NCBI GenBank assembly: GCA_964534975.1 | Contig: CAZHSD010000005.1 | Location: 28,090-92,089, forward strand | DNA length: 64,000 nucleotides | From: an uncultured Ottowia sp. | GTDB lineage: Bacteria; Pseudomonadota; Gammaproteobacteria; Burkholderiales; Burkholderiaceae_C | Direction: 5' to 3' | Shown: piece by piece, positions 63,456 to 64,000 of the stretch | Position numbering within the stretch: position 1 is the stretch's first letter | How the letters are laid out: every line of letters starts with the position of its first letter | Notes under the pieces: model-generated | What the model was told of the DNA's origin: nothing | Database searches by the model: none | Seen by the model: only the letters and a program-made list of their open reading frames with translations | Position numbers and translations under genes: made by a program

Positions 63456-64000
63456 ATGTTTGATTTCATCCGCCGGCACACCAAGCTCATCATGTGGGTC
63501 TTGTTCCTGCTGGTCATCCCGTCCTTCGTGTTCTTCGGCATGGGCGACTACTCGCAGTTCAACGAAGGCGCGACCAAGGTGGCCCAGGTCGATGGCAAGG
63601 CCATCACGCAGAGCGAGTGGGACAACGCGCACCGCATGGAGGTCGACCGCGTCCGTGCCAGCGACCCCAGCATCGACCTCAGCCTGCTCGATTCGCCGGC
63701 GCTGAAGTACGCCACGCTCGAGCGCATCGTGCGCGACCGCGTGCTGCAGGTGGCGGCCACCGATGCCCACCTGATCGCCACCGATACGCGGCTGGCGACC
63801 GAGCTGCAGCAGGACCCGAGCATCGCCGCGTTGCGCCGCCCCGACGGCTCGCTCGACATGGACGGCTACCGCCGGCTGCTGGCCACGCAGGGCCTGACGC
63901 CCGAAGGCTTCGAGGCGCGCGTGCGCTTCAACCTGTCCTCGCGCCAGGTGCTGGGCGGCGTCGTCGAGTCGGGCTTCGTCGTGCCGGGGCAGGCCGACGT
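63456..64000 (+). CDS. ppiD: SurA N-terminal domain/PpiD-like chaperone, 5' part (runs off window)
   Basis: Manual translation MFDFIRRHTKLIMWVLFLLVIPSFVFFG...VAQVDG; hupB-tRNA-ppiD order. Confidence 0.85.
   Translation, partial: MFDFIRRHTKLIMWVLFLLVIPSFVFFGMGDYSQFNEGATKVAQVDGKAITQSEWDNAHRMEVDRVRASDPSIDLSLLDSPALKYATLERIVRDRVLQVAATDAHLIATDTRLATELQQDPSIAALRRPDGSLDMDGYRRLLATQGLTPEGFEARVRFNLSSRQVLGGVVESGFVVPGQAD

Overview
High-GC betaproteobacterial chromosome segment, Comamonadaceae-like by gene order and protein style. The backbone is housekeeping: ribH/ribBA, pdxH, gloA, rhlE-type helicase, ettA, xseB-ispA-dxs, rdgC, crcB, efp/earP, uvrC, pgsA, HU, ppiD-like, tRNA-Thr(CGT) and tRNA-Val(TAC). 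It also carries three TRAP transporter loci, one linked to a 5-oxoprolinase. Two accessory regions stand out. (1) An ~11 kb molybdate/tungstate cluster (35.7-46.7 kb) contains an HTH-PBP regulator, tupBCA, a frameshifted modA-like gene, modABC, modE and a TOBE/Mop gene. Embedded in it is a divergent pair of lipoprotein genes: an MbnH/MauG-like di-heme enzyme and an uncharacterised beta-propeller. They share a perfect ModE-type palindrome nearly identical to the one at modA. The di-heme enzyme has His where MauG/MbnH have the axial Tyr, and there is no MbnP partner. This is the best candidate for an undescribed system. (2) A decaying insert after ettA (18-21.6 kb) encodes an RCC1-repeat protein and a pseudogenised Tat-lipoprotein multicopper oxidase, bracketed by degenerate copies of the ettA 3' end and of the neighbouring membrane-protein gene. 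Also seen: a family of ATGAC/GTCAT-anchored hairpin arrays in intergenic regions, and a palindromic REP-like element inserted in frame in earP. No CRISPR, integrase or transposase was found. All assignments are from motif recognition; no database searches were run.
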